A stretch of DNA of 62,628 bases, filler included. It is 3 parts of 3 records of this genome, joined end to end, with 100 filler letters (N's around TTAATTAATTAA, not from the genome) between each part and the next. Parts side by side here need not be neighbours in the genome. Positions count along the whole stretch, not along the records: positions 29,545 to 56,067 come from SRR22947727_496; positions 56,168 to 62,628 come from SRR22947727_503; 1 more part is not named here. One strand, 5' to 3'. The position numbers and the translations under genes are program-made. This document shows, piece after piece, positions 51,798 through 61,822 of the stretch. The stretch's first letter is position 1, and each line of letters opens with the position of its first letter. A model generated the notes under the pieces. That model did not search any database, was not told where the DNA came from, and worked only from the letters and a program-made list of their open reading frames with translations.

Positions 51798-52993
51798 TTT
51801 CTATTTAAGTCTGCCATGGCGTCTATGATTTCAGCATATTGCTCATAAAATTCTTTGGATTCACCCTTTTCGTCTGTTACAGGAGTTGCAACATCTGTAC
51901 CCTCTGAAACTACCCCTAAATCTAACAATGCTCTTGCAGTTTTAACTGCATGACTAACACCCGTCCATCTAAAATATTTTAAAGGTCCCCATTTTTGAAT
52001 ATCACCATGATCTTTTCTATTATATTTTGTGATTCTAGTAAAAATTAAATCATTTTCTCTATCAACAAATGTGAATTGACCAAATTTACCACTTGTATTA
52101 AAGATTTTACTCTCATCATCATATTTTGAAACCCACCAATGAAGTGAATAGCCTCTTTTAGCCTCAGTCCACCATTGAGGAGTTATATCCCATACAACTT
52201 GAAATGTCTCATTTACAAATGATTCCGGAATTATTTGTTTACCCTTCCAATTTCCATTTCTTGCAAAAAGTAGGCCAAACCTTGAATAATTTCTTGCAGA
52301 CATGTCAACACAGCAATATGTTAGAACGTTTTCAGCCTCATCCTTCCATAATTTATAATCTGTGGCGCCAATTGGATCTAATATTCTTTCTGATAAAAGT
52401 TTGTCAGCTTTAATACCAGTTGCAGAAAAAAGAATATCTCCAATAATCATTGAATTTGCATTGTTATATTCAAATTTAATTCCAGCTTCTTTTTCAACTC
52501 CAACGTTTTTTGAATAATTTAAATGATCCGATTGAAAGAACATTCTTTCATGCTCATGCTCTGGAAACTCAAGACCGCTAGACATATCCAGAAGGTCTCT
52601 AATGGTAATGGATGATCTTTCATCATTATAATATTCTAAATAGTTTCCAACAGGATCATCTAAACTATTAATTTCACCTTTTTCAATTGATATTCCTATT
52701 AGTGCAGCATAATAACTTTTTGCCATTGACCAAGAGGTTCCATGCGAATTTAAATCATAGTCAGCAGCATATTTTTCACCAATAATCTTTCCATTTTTTA
52801 TAATTACAACACCAAGTGTTGCATTGTCATTGAATGATAGATCGATTAATTTATTTACTTTGGCGGACTTAACACCTTGGCTCTCAGGGGTGGTTGAATG
52901 CCAATCACCTTCAGGAAAGTATCTACTATCAGCCTGAACAAAAAATGAAATTGTTAATATTGGCAATAAAAATAATATTTTTTTATTGATCAT
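51794..52993 (-). CDS. serine hydrolase (class C beta-lactamase-like)
   Basis: SMAK (SxxK), LL.MSSGL, FEYNN (YxN), G..GQ; signal peptide. Confidence 0.88.
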   Translation of the reverse strand: MINKKILFLLPILTISFFVQADSRYFPEGDWHSTTPESQGVKSAKVNKLIDLSFNDNATLGVVIIKNGKIIGEKYAADYDLNSHGTSWSMAKSYYAALIGISIEKGEINSLDDPVGNYLEYYNDERSSITIRDLLDMSSGLEFPEHEHERMFFQSDHLNYSKNVGVEKEAGIKFEYNNANSMIIGDILFSATGIKADKLLSERILDPIGATDYKLWKDEAENVLTYCCVDMSARNYSRFGLLFARNGNWKGKQIIPESFVNETFQVVWDITPQWWTEAKRGYSLHWWVSKYDDESKIFNTSGKFGQFTFVDRENDLIFTRITKYNRKDHGDIQKWGPLKYFRWTGVSHAVKTARALLDLGVVSEGTDVATPVTDEKGESKEFYEQYAEIIDAMADLNRN

Positions 52994-53140
52994 AAAACTC
53001 CCCTGTAAATTAATTTTTTTTGATTATATATACATTTCTATAAAGTATTAAGAAAAAGTTGAAATCATTTATAAATTATATTGATATAACATTATAAATA
53101 TATATAATGATGCTGATAATACAACACCCAGGAGCATAAA

Positions 53141-53323
53141 TTGAACTTACAAGTAAGAGAAGCTACACAAGAAGAAGCTATTGAATGGAATCAAAATGAT
53201 TATTTTATTGGTATGAAATTTGATCCACTGGTAATGTTTGTTGTAATACCAGCTGTGATTCAGATTGTTGTATTAGCATTTATGCTTACATCTATGCTAA
53301 TTACTGGAATCTTTTTTGACTAA
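53141..53323 (+). CDS. small membrane protein (60 aa)
   Basis: AGGAG SD upstream, TTG start, C-terminal hydrophobic segment. Confidence 0.6.
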   Translation: MNLQVREATQEEAIEWNQNDYFIGMKFDPLVMFVVIPAVIQIVVLAFMLTSMLITGIFFD

Positions 53324-53471
53324 AATTTTTAAGCTTTTAATTGGTGTTGGATCTGTAGAACAATTATCTAACCCCTCTCCACTTAAAATTCTGATGCTAT
53401 CTGCATGTTTGGGGTTTGTATTTCTAGCAATAGTAACAACTTTTATAATTTTAACGGGAATTGTTTTATGA
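53316..53471 (+). CDS. small membrane protein, DUF2970-like (51 aa; absent from ORF track)
   Basis: MTKIFKLLIGVGSVEQLSNPSPLKILMLSACLGFVFLAIVTTFIILTGIVL; overlaps both neighbours (ATGA with pseudoazurin). Confidence 0.55.
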   Translation: MTKIFKLLIGVGSVEQLSNPSPLKILMLSACLGFVFLAIVTTFIILTGIVL

Positions 53472-53905
53472 AAAAAATATTACTTAGTATATGTATGGCT
53501 ACCAATATGTTTGTCCAGTCTGAAACTTATGAGGTTAAAATGCTCAATCAAGGGACTGAGGGGTATATGGTTTTTGAGCCAGCCGTTTTAAAAATTTTAC
53601 CAGGTGATTCAGTAACATTTGTAGCAACTGATGCTGCACATAATTCTGCATCTATTGTTGGAATGATTCCTGAGGGTGCTAAGAGTTGGAGTGGTCAGTT
53701 AAGTAAAGATATCACTGTTACCTTTGATCATGAGGGAATATATGCTTATCAATGCACTCCTCATGCAATGATGGCCATGGTTGGTATTATTGAGGTTGGT
53801 TCTAATAAAAATAATTTAGAAAAAATTAAATCAATTGCCAGCAAGACCAAATCAGTTTTTGTGATGAATCAAGACAGGTTAGATACATATATATCAAGTT
53901 TATAA
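53468..53905 (+). CDS. pseudoazurin (type 1 blue copper protein)
   Basis: EVKMLN, MVFEP, GDSVTF, HN, Y.CTPH..MAMVG (His/Cys/His/Met ligands); signal peptide from ATG 53468. Confidence 0.9.
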   Translation: MKKILLSICMATNMFVQSETYEVKMLNQGTEGYMVFEPAVLKILPGDSVTFVATDAAHNSASIVGMIPEGAKSWSGQLSKDITVTFDHEGIYAYQCTPHAMMAMVGIIEVGSNKNNLEKIKSIASKTKSVFVMNQDRLDTYISSL

Positions 53906-53917
53906 TTTAATCTGTAT

Positions 53918-53996
53918 TGGTAGACCCGAATGGACTCGAACCATCGACCTCCGCAATGTCAATGCGGCGCTCTAACCAAAACTGAGCTACGGGTCT
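53918..53996 (-). tRNA. tRNA-Val (anticodon GAC)
   Basis: AGACCCG-TA-GCTC AGTTTTGGTTA GAGC-G-CCGCA TTGACAT TGCGG-AGGTC-GATGG TTCGAGT CCATT-CGGGTCT-A-CCA. Confidence 0.95.
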
Positions 53997-54107
53997 AAAA
54001 AAGAAGTCATTATACAGAAATTTTAACTAATGGTAATGACCATTTATGTATCTAAAAGATATACATATATGCTTAATACGATTGTTTTAAAAGTATTATA
54101 AATAATA

Positions 54108-54135
54108 TTGATAATTAATTATAGATATATATAAT
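54108..54135 (+). promoter_or_regulatory. sigma-70 type promoter with no downstream ORF
   Basis: TTGATA-N16-TATAAT, about 6 nt before the structured element at 54141; the region is AT-rich, so a chance match is possible. Confidence 0.5.
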
Positions 54136-54140
54136 ATTTT

Positions 54141-54214
54141 ACATCAGCACTCCTCTCCCCCTATTAGAATTGCTGATATTCAAAAATGGAGAGCTTAGGC
54201 TCTCCATTTCATTT
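54141..54214 (+). ncRNA. candidate small RNA with C/U-rich anti-SD loop
   Basis: Stem ATCAGCA/TGCTGAT enclosing CTCCTCTCCCCC, then the terminator hairpin; promoter upstream. Confidence 0.5.
54184..54209. terminator. bidirectional intrinsic terminator
   Basis: AAATGGAGAGC-TTAG-GCTCTCCATTT with T-rich tails on both strands, just past the sbcB stop. Confidence 0.8.
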
Positions 54215-55617
54215 TAAGAAACTTTCATTGATTCAATTTTTAATTTTGTAGCTTTAAGAATTTTTTGACTCTCTTCCTCATCTTTTTCATCTAAAAGTTT
54301 ATCTATCTGAATAAGAGATTTCTCTATTGAACCCCAGGGGCCTTCTTCACTATTTCTTTCGTTTATTAAATCTTGATATCTTTTGTTAATATCTTCTGGA
54401 ATATTTGAAGAAAATTGGCTGCATATTATTCTTTCAGCAAATAGTCTTAAGCGCTCATCTTCAAAATTCCTAGATATTTTTACCAAATGTTCTAAATTAT
54501 CTGACATGTGAAATTCTTGCATCAAATCTTTATCTCTATAAGATGGGAATCCGCCAGAATATATTGTTCCTTCAATATACTCAGATTCTGGAAAATCCAT
54601 CATCCTATCTTCCATTGCTTGCGATACTTTAGACTGAAAATCTTTATTTGATCTAACGATATCAGCTCTTCTTTGCAATTCACTGAATTCAATATCAAAA
54701 GCATTTGGATCTGTTAGAAGCTTGTGAGAACAAATAGGTATGGTTTTATTTATTTTATATTTTTTTAACGGGCCGTCTCTTCCTTTAGATTGAACTAATT
54801 TATTTATCTCTGTAAAGTCTAAATCTAAAATATCTTCAGGATCATAGCTTAAATCATAAAATACAATTTCATTTGGTCTACTAGCGTCACTACCGCATAT
54901 AATTACTGGATATCTAAATGTGTGCCTTCTATGAATTTCGCCAAGGGCTAAAAAATCATCTGAATAAAGTAATTCCTTTACCCCTGGTTTGGTTGAGATA
55001 TTGATGAATGACTCAAATACTTCTGGTAATCTTGATTGAATGATTCTACACAGATCAATCATAAGGTTGCAATCAGCTATTGCATCATGAGCATCGCCAG
55101 CATCAATTCCATGCTCTTGAGCTAAGTGTTCTAATTTATAACTAATTCCCGGCCCACCTTCAAACAAGGGTATAGATATCTCATTTGAAAAAAATGCAGC
55201 AATATTATGAATCATCAACATGAGATCTAGTCTGCCATTTCCATTTGTGTTTGTTGTGTAGGGCTCAAGTAAGTTCCAAAAAAACTGCCTCCTTATTAAC
55301 TCTTCATCAAAGGCATGTCCATTGTATGTAATAAAAATTGCAGGATTTTCTGCAGACCATTTCTTCCATTGTAGTTGGAGATCTTTCATCATTTGATAGT
55401 GAGAAGTATTCGAATTAAAAAGATCAATCTTTTTATTTGTAAGCATAGCCATAGGCTGAGGAATGACCCATGGCAATGGTGCACAGCCAATATTTTGTTC
55501 AGCTAATGTATTTAATGATTTGTCAGTTAATACAGAGCCACACTGAAGTATTTGACTAAAATCTTTTTGAATCCCAGTCGTTTCTGTATCGTAGAAAATT
55601 AAATTAATAGAGGACAA
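54214..55617 (-). CDS. sbcB: exodeoxyribonuclease I
   Basis: FYDTETTG, YN...FDEE, KLEHL, AHDAIAD (DEDDh), IY.GGF....D. Confidence 0.88.
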   Translation of the reverse strand: MSSINLIFYDTETTGIQKDFSQILQCGSVLTDKSLNTLAEQNIGCAPLPWVIPQPMAMLTNKKIDLFNSNTSHYQMMKDLQLQWKKWSAENPAIFITYNGHAFDEELIRRQFFWNLLEPYTTNTNGNGRLDLMLMIHNIAAFFSNEISIPLFEGGPGISYKLEHLAQEHGIDAGDAHDAIADCNLMIDLCRIIQSRLPEVFESFINISTKPGVKELLYSDDFLALGEIHRRHTFRYPVIICGSDASRPNEIVFYDLSYDPEDILDLDFTEINKLVQSKGRDGPLKKYKINKTIPICSHKLLTDPNAFDIEFSELQRRADIVRSNKDFQSKVSQAMEDRMMDFPESEYIEGTIYSGGFPSYRDKDLMQEFHMSDNLEHLVKISRNFEDERLRLFAERIICSQFSSNIPEDINKRYQDLINERNSEEGPWGSIEKSLIQIDKLLDEKDEEESQKILKATKLKIESMKVS

Positions 55618-56067
55618 TTATTTCGCCATATGTTTGCCAAGCTCAAGCCTGGCCACCGCTCTTCTATGAACCTCATCAGGTCCATCAGCCAATCTTAATG
55701 TTCTAATATGAGCATACATAGATGCCAATGGTGTTAATTGAGAAACGCCCTCGCCTCCATGCATTTGAATTGCTCTATCAATTATCTTTAATACTACGTT
55801 TGGAACATAGACTTTTATTTGTGCAATTTCACTGGCTGCAATTTTATTGCCTACAGTATCCATTTTATGAGCGGCATCAAGTGTTAAAAGTCTGGCTGCA
55901 TTTAATTCAATTCTTGATTCAGCTATGTAGTCAAAATTAGCACCTAAGTTAGCTATATTTTTACCAAATGGCATCTTGGTTGGGTCAATACCTCTTTTAC
56001 ACATTAGATCAATAGCTCGTTCTCCCACGCCTATTGTTCTCATGCAGTGATGAATTCTTCCAGGGCC
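55618..56067 (-). CDS. acyl-CoA dehydrogenase, C-terminal part (5' truncated)
   Basis: [35 protein letters not shown]. Confidence 0.93.
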   Translation of the reverse strand, partial: GPGRIHHCMRTIGVGERAIDLMCKRGIDPTKMPFGKNIANLGANFDYIAESRIELNAARLLTLDAAHKMDTVGNKIAASEIAQIKVYVPNVVLKIIDRAIQMHGGEGVSQLTPLASMYAHIRTLRLADGPDEVHRRAVARLELGKHMAK

Positions 56068-56167
56068 NNNNNNNNNNNNNNNNNNNNNNNNNNNNNNNNN
56101 NNNNNNNNNNNTTAATTAATTAANNNNNNNNNNNNNNNNNNNNNNNNNNNNNNNNNNNNNNNNNNNN
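56068..56167. other. artificial contig-joining spacer
   Basis: 44 N + TTAATTAATTAA + 44 N; sharp GC increase downstream. Confidence 0.97.
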
Positions 56168-56218
56168 CCAGGGCTGGACTATGCAGCAGCTGTGTAAATG
56201 CTTTGAATCGTCTGAGAT

Positions 56219-56449
56219 TTAACGGGACGATTCAGGTTTTTCAATATCGCGGCGAATCAGTGCCAGTAGGTATGAGGGGGATTTGTAACGGGTCGGTAGG
56301 CAGCGATTCAGGGTTTCGAGATGACCCCAACACACTGTGCGTTCAATTTCTTTGGCTGATTTTCCCTGTTGAAGCAAGCGCCTTAGTGCCTTGCAGTACA
56401 TGGGATAGCCCGCCTCGAGTTCGCCGATGGTGAGTTTTGCCTGAGGCAT
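56219..56449 (-). CDS. conserved picocyanobacterial small protein (DUF3136-like)
   Basis: LTIGELEAGYP.YCKALR...RTVCW..LE.L...LP..YKSP. Confidence 0.8.
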   Translation of the reverse strand: MPQAKLTIGELEAGYPMYCKALRRLLQQGKSAKEIERTVCWGHLETLNRCLPTRYKSPSYLLALIRRDIEKPESSR

Positions 56450-56594
56450 CGGAGCGTCTCATCCACCAAGACAACTTATGCGTTCGTCGTTCCCAGAAAG
56501 TGAAGCTGTTTTGCTTCTTGACGAGGGGGTGCAGGTCGTTGTTTGTCTATCTGCACCCCAACTGATTTGGAGTTTCAGTGCTCGAGGTCGAGTG

Positions 56595-56984
56595 TCAACC
56601 CATCCATGCGACGCAATCGATTTCGACCCGTGCACCTTTTGGAAGCGCTGCAACTTGAACGCAGGCTCGGGCTGGGCTAACTCCGTCACCAAAAATCTCC
56701 GCATAGATGGCGTTGACCGTTCCAAAATCGGCGAGATCAGCCAGAAAAACGGTGGTACGCACCACCTGTTCCGCAGTCGCTCCAGCTTCGGTTAGTACGG
56801 CTTTTAAATTTTTCAAGACCTGATGGGTCTCGGCCGCAACATCGCCTTCCCCCACCATGACCCCTGTGGCTGGGTCAAGAGGGATCTGTCCTGAGCAGTA
56901 CAACCATCCGCCAGCTAAGACAGCTTGGTTGTAGGGGCCAACGGGCGCTGGAGCCGCTGCGGTGGTGATGGCTTGATTCGGCAT
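56595..56984 (-). CDS. ridA: RidA/YjgF family enamine/imine deaminase
   Basis: APAPVGPYNQA, SGQIPLDP, PARACVQVAALPKG..VEID. Confidence 0.92.
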   Translation of the reverse strand: MPNQAITTAAAPAPVGPYNQAVLAGGWLYCSGQIPLDPATGVMVGEGDVAAETHQVLKNLKAVLTEAGATAEQVVRTTVFLADLADFGTVNAIYAEIFGDGVSPARACVQVAALPKGARVEIDCVAWMG

Positions 56985-57003
56985 GGCGGGACAGCAGAGC
57001 AGA

Positions 57004-58122
57004 ATGGGGTTAAATCATCGCGTTCCACTGTTGGAAAGGGTCTCAGGACCGGTTGAAATCCGAGGCCTCTGGCATCGCTACAAGGAGTCGTCGAACGACT
57101 GGACCCTCCGTGGCATCAATCTCGAGCTCCAAGCAGGGGAGCTTGTCGGTTTGTTGGGACCCTCCGGTTGTGGAAAGACGACCCTTTTGCGATTAATCGC
57201 AGGCTTTGAACGGCCTGAGCAGGGATCGGTTCATCTTCAGCACCGCATCGTTGCGGGGGGGCAGCACTGGGTTCCGCCTGAGCGCCGAGGAGTTGGCATG
57301 GTGTTTCAGGACTATGCCCTGTTCCCCCACCTCACGGCGTGGCAAAACGCTTGCTTTGGCTTGCGTCCAGGTCAAGACAACAGTCGCGCGATTTGGTTGC
57401 TTGATCTCTTGGGCCTCCAGGGGCTGGAGCAGCGCTATCCCCATCAATTATCTGGTGGGCAGCGACAACGCTTGGCGTTGGCGCGTGCTTTGGCTCCAGC
57501 CCCTCAGGTCGTTCTTCTCGATGAGCCTTTTTCCAATCTCGATGTGGAAGTGCGCCTTCTTCTTCGCAGTGAACTGGCTTCGGTGTTGCAGGTGTGTGGA
57601 GCCAGTGGACTTCTGGTGACCCATGACCCTGGTGAGGCCCTCGCGATTTGTGATCGTGTCGCTGTGATGCGGGATGGGGTGTTGCACCAGTGCGCCACTC
57701 CAAGGGATCTAGTTGATCATCCCGCCACTCCTTTCGTGGGGCGTTTTGTTCTCCAGGCGAATTTGATTCCTGTTTGGCCAGAGGCAGATAACCGTTTGCA
57801 CTGTTGCCTCGGCAGCCTTCCTGTGCCGTCGCAGTTGTCGTTGAAGTCTTGGCCCGACGATGCAAGTCTGTTGGTGGATCCAGGAGCGATCGCCTTGGAG
57901 CCTGAGCCGGAGGCTGAAGCCTGTGTGATGGGCCGTGAATTTCAAGGTCATGCATGGCAACTCCGGGTTCAAGCGGCTGAACAACACCTGCGTGTCACCC
58001 AGCCCCTGGAGCACGACTACAACCGCGGTACACGCTGTCGTCTTGGTTTTCGAAAGGGCGCCAAGGCCATGCTGTTCCCCCAGCGCATCAGCTTGAACGC
58101 CACTGATCCTTATGACTCCTGA
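57004..58122 (+). CDS. ABC transporter ATP-binding protein, Fe3+/FutC-like
   Basis: [40 protein letters not shown]; exact start uncertain. Confidence 0.85.
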   Translation: MGLNHRVPLLERVSGPVEIRGLWHRYKESSNDWTLRGINLELQAGELVGLLGPSGCGKTTLLRLIAGFERPEQGSVHLQHRIVAGGQHWVPPERRGVGMVFQDYALFPHLTAWQNACFGLRPGQDNSRAIWLLDLLGLQGLEQRYPHQLSGGQRQRLALARALAPAPQVVLLDEPFSNLDVEVRLLLRSELASVLQVCGASGLLVTHDPGEALAICDRVAVMRDGVLHQCATPRDLVDHPATPFVGRFVLQANLIPVWPEADNRLHCCLGSLPVPSQLSLKSWPDDASLLVDPGAIALEPEPEAEACVMGREFQGHAWQLRVQAAEQHLRVTQPLEHDYNRGTRCRLGFRKGAKAMLFPQRISLNATDPYDS

Positions 58123-58843
58123 GCTCGGCGAGTTGTTCGGCCGTTTCAGCCTGCATAAATAAGTTGGTGCGTTTTTCAGCACCAATGCTTGAGGGAAGAC
58201 TCAGATCTCCGCGAGAACGCAGTGCCTTCACTGTCTGGTGGCGAGTTGTGATTTGAACGTCGTTAGGACGTTGCTCCGTAGCCCAGCGCAAATTGGCTTC
58301 GGTGTACTCATGGGCGCAGCACACAAGGGTTTCATCCGGCAATGCCGCGAAGCGTTGGAGTGCTCGATGCATGTCCTGAGCGGAGCCTTCAAACAACCGC
58401 CCGCAGCCGCCCGCAAAAAGAGTGTCGCCACAAAACACCAGCGGACCAAAGCTGGGGTCTTGGTCGTCGTCGTTCCGAATGATGAACGCGATATGGGCGG
58501 AGGTGTGGGCTGCCACATCGATCACCTCAAGGCTTCGTCCCAGAAGGTTGATCACATCGCCATCGGCAACACCCCTGGTTTGCAACGGAATTCTGAGCCG
58601 ATCGGCAGTGGCTGCGACGACCTCCGCCTGCGGCCATTCGCGCAACAGGTCTGGGGTCCCGCCGATGTGATCAGCGTGATGGTGGGTTTGCAGGATCGCC
58701 TTCAAGCACATCCCGTGAGCGTTCAACCACTGACCCACTGGCTCCGCCACTGCTGGATCCACGACGACCGCGTTCTTGCCTCTGCTCCAGATCCAAATCA
58801 CGTTGTCTTGTAGGACTGGCAAGGCATGAAGTGTGGAGTGCAT
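58088..58843 (-). CDS. gloB: hydroxyacylglutathione hydrolase (glyoxalase II)
   Basis: [37 protein letters not shown]; start MHST at 58843. Confidence 0.93.
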   Translation of the reverse strand: MHSTLHALPVLQDNVIWIWSRGKNAVVVDPAVAEPVGQWLNAHGMCLKAILQTHHHADHIGGTPDLLREWPQAEVVAATADRLRIPLQTRGVADGDVINLLGRSLEVIDVAAHTSAHIAFIIRNDDDQDPSFGPLVFCGDTLFAGGCGRLFEGSAQDMHRALQRFAALPDETLVCCAHEYTEANLRWATEQRPNDVQITTRHQTVKALRSRGDLSLPSSIGAEKRTNLFMQAETAEQLAELRSHKDQWRSS

Positions 58844-58883
58844 CGTTAAAGTCCTGCCTGGTTTCCTGGTCAACGCTGGACCC

Positions 58884-59534
58884 ATGATTACTGTCGCGTT
58901 GGCTAAAGGTGCGCTTCTGAAGGACTCCGTGGCGCGTTTCGCTGCAGCGGGTCTCGACTTCTCAGCCGTGCTGGACAAAGACAACAGGCAGTTAATGGTT
59001 CCGACCCCGTGTGGTCGAGCGCGAGCACTGTTGGTTCGAAATGGAGATGTGCCCACCTATGTGTCCTATGGACAGGCTCAGCTCGGGGTTGTCGGATACG
59101 ACGTCTTGAAGGAGCACCAGTTGCCAGTGGCACAGTTGGTGGACCTTGGTTTTGGGGGATGTCGGATGTCCGTTGCCGTGAAAGCCAGTAGCGGATATCA
59201 ACGAGCCTTGGATCTGCCAGCCCACTGCCGCGTTGCCAGCAAATTCACGCACTGCGCCAGGGAATACTTCGATTCACTCGACCTTCCGGTCGAGTTGGTT
59301 CATTTGAACGGCTCCGTTGAACTCGGTCCGATTACAGGGATGTCTGAAGCGATTGTTGATCTCGTTGCAACGGGCCGCACCTTGCGGGATAACGGCCTGG
59401 TTGAAATTGAGGAATTGTTTCGCTCGTCGGCTCGATTGGTGGGACATCCTCTGTCTATGCGCCTCGATGACGGTGCGTTGACCGAAATCGTGACTGCGAT
59501 TCGCGCCGTTGAACCATCGAAGGGAGAGGCTTGA
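58884..59534 (+). CDS. hisG: ATP phosphoribosyltransferase (short form)
   Basis: [44 protein letters not shown]. Confidence 0.95.
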   Translation: MITVALAKGALLKDSVARFAAAGLDFSAVLDKDNRQLMVPTPCGRARALLVRNGDVPTYVSYGQAQLGVVGYDVLKEHQLPVAQLVDLGFGGCRMSVAVKASSGYQRALDLPAHCRVASKFTHCAREYFDSLDLPVELVHLNGSVELGPITGMSEAIVDLVATGRTLRDNGLVEIEELFRSSARLVGHPLSMRLDDGALTEIVTAIRAVEPSKGEA

Positions 59535-61312
59535 TGGGAGCCGGAGCTGATTGGAAACGGGTTCGGCGTCTTGGTCGCTATTTGGCTCGCGATCGCCGTC
59601 GTCTCTTCGTCACCCTTGCCTTGCTCGTGCCCGTTGCACTGGCTGGGTCGATCCAGCCCTTGCTGGTTGGTCAGGCGATCAGCGTTCTGCGCCGCGAGCC
59701 AAGCCTTCCATGGCTTTCGGGATTGTCGGTTCCTCAGGCGATTCAAACGATCGTGGGTCTCCTGTTGATCTCCGTGTTGTTGCGCCTAGCCCTTCAGGGA
59801 ATTCAGTCGTTCAACATTCAGGCCGTTGGTCAACGGCTGACGGCTCGGATTCGAGACGATCTTTTTCGCCACGCCCTTTCGCTATCCCTTCGTTTTCACG
59901 ACAGCATGCCGGTGGGCAAGTTGCTCACCAGGTTGACCAACGATGTTGATGCCTTAGCTGAGGTTTTTGGGAGCGGAGCTGTTGGGGTCCTCGGCGATTT
60001 GGTGAGCTTGACCGTGATCGCCACCACCATGCTGCTGATTGAGTGGCGCCTCGGTTTGTTGCTCCTTGTCACCCAAGTCCCAGTCACTTTGTTTGTTTTG
60101 TGGCTGCAGGGGCGTTACCGGAAAGCGAATTACATGGTGCGCGAAGAGCTGTCCCAGCTCAATGCTGATTTCCAGGAAAATCTTCAGGGACTTGAGGTGG
60201 TTCAGATGTATCGCCGGGAGCAGGTCAATAGCCGCCGTTTCTCCCGCACCGGAGCCGCCTATCGCAGTGCGGTGAACGGAACGATTTTCTTTGACAGCAG
60301 CATCTCCGCGTTTCTCGAATGGGTGGGCCTCGGAGCCGTTGCTTTGGTGCTGGCCCTGGGCGGCTGGATGGTGACCAACGGGTCGATGGGGTTAGGCACA
60401 CTCACCACGTTCATCATTTATGCCCAGCGGTTGTTTGATCCCTTGCGACAGTTGGCGGAACGATTCACCCAGATTCAGGGGGGATTGACGGCGGTGGAAC
60501 GGATTGGGGAGTTGATGGAAAAGCCCCTCGAGATTGTTGAAGCCCGTGACCCTCAGCCCTTAAACACCCTGGGCGCCGGTGAATTGATATTTGAAAATGT
60601 CAGTTTTTCGTATCGCCCCGACGATCCGATTCTGCGGAACTTGTCCTTTCGGATTGCTCCCGGTGAGCACGTAGCCCTCGTGGGCCCCACAGGATCGGGA
60701 AAATCCACCGTGATTCGATTGCTGTGTCGCCTGTACGAACCCCAGGAGGGGCGAATCCTGCTCGATGGTCGCGATATCCGTTCGATCTCAACGGCGGATC
60801 TCCGTCGCCAGTTGGGAGTTGTGCTTCAGGACACCTTTTTGTTCAGTGGCAACGTTGCTGACAACCTGCGTCTTGATGCTGAGGTGAGTGATGAACAGCT
60901 TCAGAGAATCTGTTCAGACCTGGGACTGGATGAGCTGCTTCGACGGCTTCCTCAGGGGCTTGCAACAGAGCTGCGTGAACGGGGAGGCAACCTCTCCTCC
61001 GGTGAACGGCAGCTGTTGGCTGTGGCCAGGGTGGCGATTCGCAATCCAACGGTGTTGGTGATGGATGAAGCCACGGCCTTCATGGATCCCTCGACCGAAG
61101 CAACGTTGCAGCGTGATCTCGATCGGTTGCTGCAAAAGCGGACTGCTGTGGTGATTGCGCATCGCCTCGCCACCGTCGAGGCCTCCGATCGCATCTTGGT
61201 GTTGAAAGGGGGAGAGCTGATTGAGCAGGGCACCCATGTGGAGCTTCGTGCACAAGGTGGTTTGTACGCCCAGTTGGCTGACCTTCAAGAACGGGGGCTC
61301 GCCAAGCTGTGA
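59534..61312 (+). CDS. ABC exporter (TMD-NBD fusion, MsbA/MdlB-like)
   Basis: TM domain followed by GPTGSGKS, LSSGERQ, MDEAT, IAHRL. Confidence 0.92.
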   Translation: MGAGADWKRVRRLGRYLARDRRRLFVTLALLVPVALAGSIQPLLVGQAISVLRREPSLPWLSGLSVPQAIQTIVGLLLISVLLRLALQGIQSFNIQAVGQRLTARIRDDLFRHALSLSLRFHDSMPVGKLLTRLTNDVDALAEVFGSGAVGVLGDLVSLTVIATTMLLIEWRLGLLLLVTQVPVTLFVLWLQGRYRKANYMVREELSQLNADFQENLQGLEVVQMYRREQVNSRRFSRTGAAYRSAVNGTIFFDSSISAFLEWVGLGAVALVLALGGWMVTNGSMGLGTLTTFIIYAQRLFDPLRQLAERFTQIQGGLTAVERIGELMEKPLEIVEARDPQPLNTLGAGELIFENVSFSYRPDDPILRNLSFRIAPGEHVALVGPTGSGKSTVIRLLCRLYEPQEGRILLDGRDIRSISTADLRRQLGVVLQDTFLFSGNVADNLRLDAEVSDEQLQRICSDLGLDELLRRLPQGLATELRERGGNLSSGERQLLAVARVAIRNPTVLVMDEATAFMDPSTEATLQRDLDRLLQKRTAVVIAHRLATVEASDRILVLKGGELIEQGTHVELRAQGGLYAQLADLQERGLAKL

Positions 61313-61815
61313 TGACGTCCTCCTTGCAAGTGCCTGCAGAGCCACTCCTGCAGCAATACGGCGAGGACGCAAGGTTGTGTACCTGCGCTAATGATCAGCT
61401 CACCCTGGTGTTTAGTCAGTCGCAACCCTTTGATCTCATCGAGCTTGAGCAATTGCTCGAAGCTGTGGGATGGAGTCGCCGCCCTGCCCGTCGTGTGCGG
61501 AAAGCGTTGTCAAACAGCCTTCTCAAGGTGGGCTTATGGCGCCATGACCCCAGGGTTCCTCGGCTTGTTGGTTTCGCACGGTGCACGGGAGATGGCGTTT
61601 TTGAGGCCACCGTTTGGGATGTGGCTGTCCACCCCCTCTATCAAGGCAACGGCTTGGGCAAACAGATGATGATTTACATCCTCGAGACCCTGCATCAGAT
61701 GGGCACGGAACGGGTGAGCCTGTTTGCTGATCCAGACGTGGTCAATTTCTATCAGCGTCAGGGGTGGGATCTTGAGCCTCAAGCTCATCGTTGTGCTTTC
61801 TGGTACTCCAATTAG
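61312..61815 (+). CDS. GNAT N-acetyltransferase (Ycf52-like)
   Basis: VGWSRRP, LVGFAR.TGD, WDVAVHP.YQG.GLG, LFAD..V..FY...GW. Confidence 0.85.
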   Translation: MTSSLQVPAEPLLQQYGEDARLCTCANDQLTLVFSQSQPFDLIELEQLLEAVGWSRRPARRVRKALSNSLLKVGLWRHDPRVPRLVGFARCTGDGVFEATVWDVAVHPLYQGNGLGKQMMIYILETLHQMGTERVSLFADPDVVNFYQRQGWDLEPQAHRCAFWYSN

Positions 61816-61822
61816 GTATAGA

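Noticed and set aside
54100-54130. Fur-box-like TGATAAT over the candidate sRNA promoter
   Set aside because: Only one half-site matches, in very AT-rich DNA; insufficient to call iron regulation.
54138-54162. Minus-strand SD (GGAGAGGAG) followed by ATG-TAA as a minigene
   Set aside because: It lies downstream of the sbcB terminator with no evident promoter, and is more simply the complement of the anti-SD loop.
57886-59596. Two GCGATCGC (HIP1) octamers at 57886 and 59589
   Set aside because: Only two were noticed in 6.4 kb, both within coding sequence; too few to claim HIP1 enrichment.
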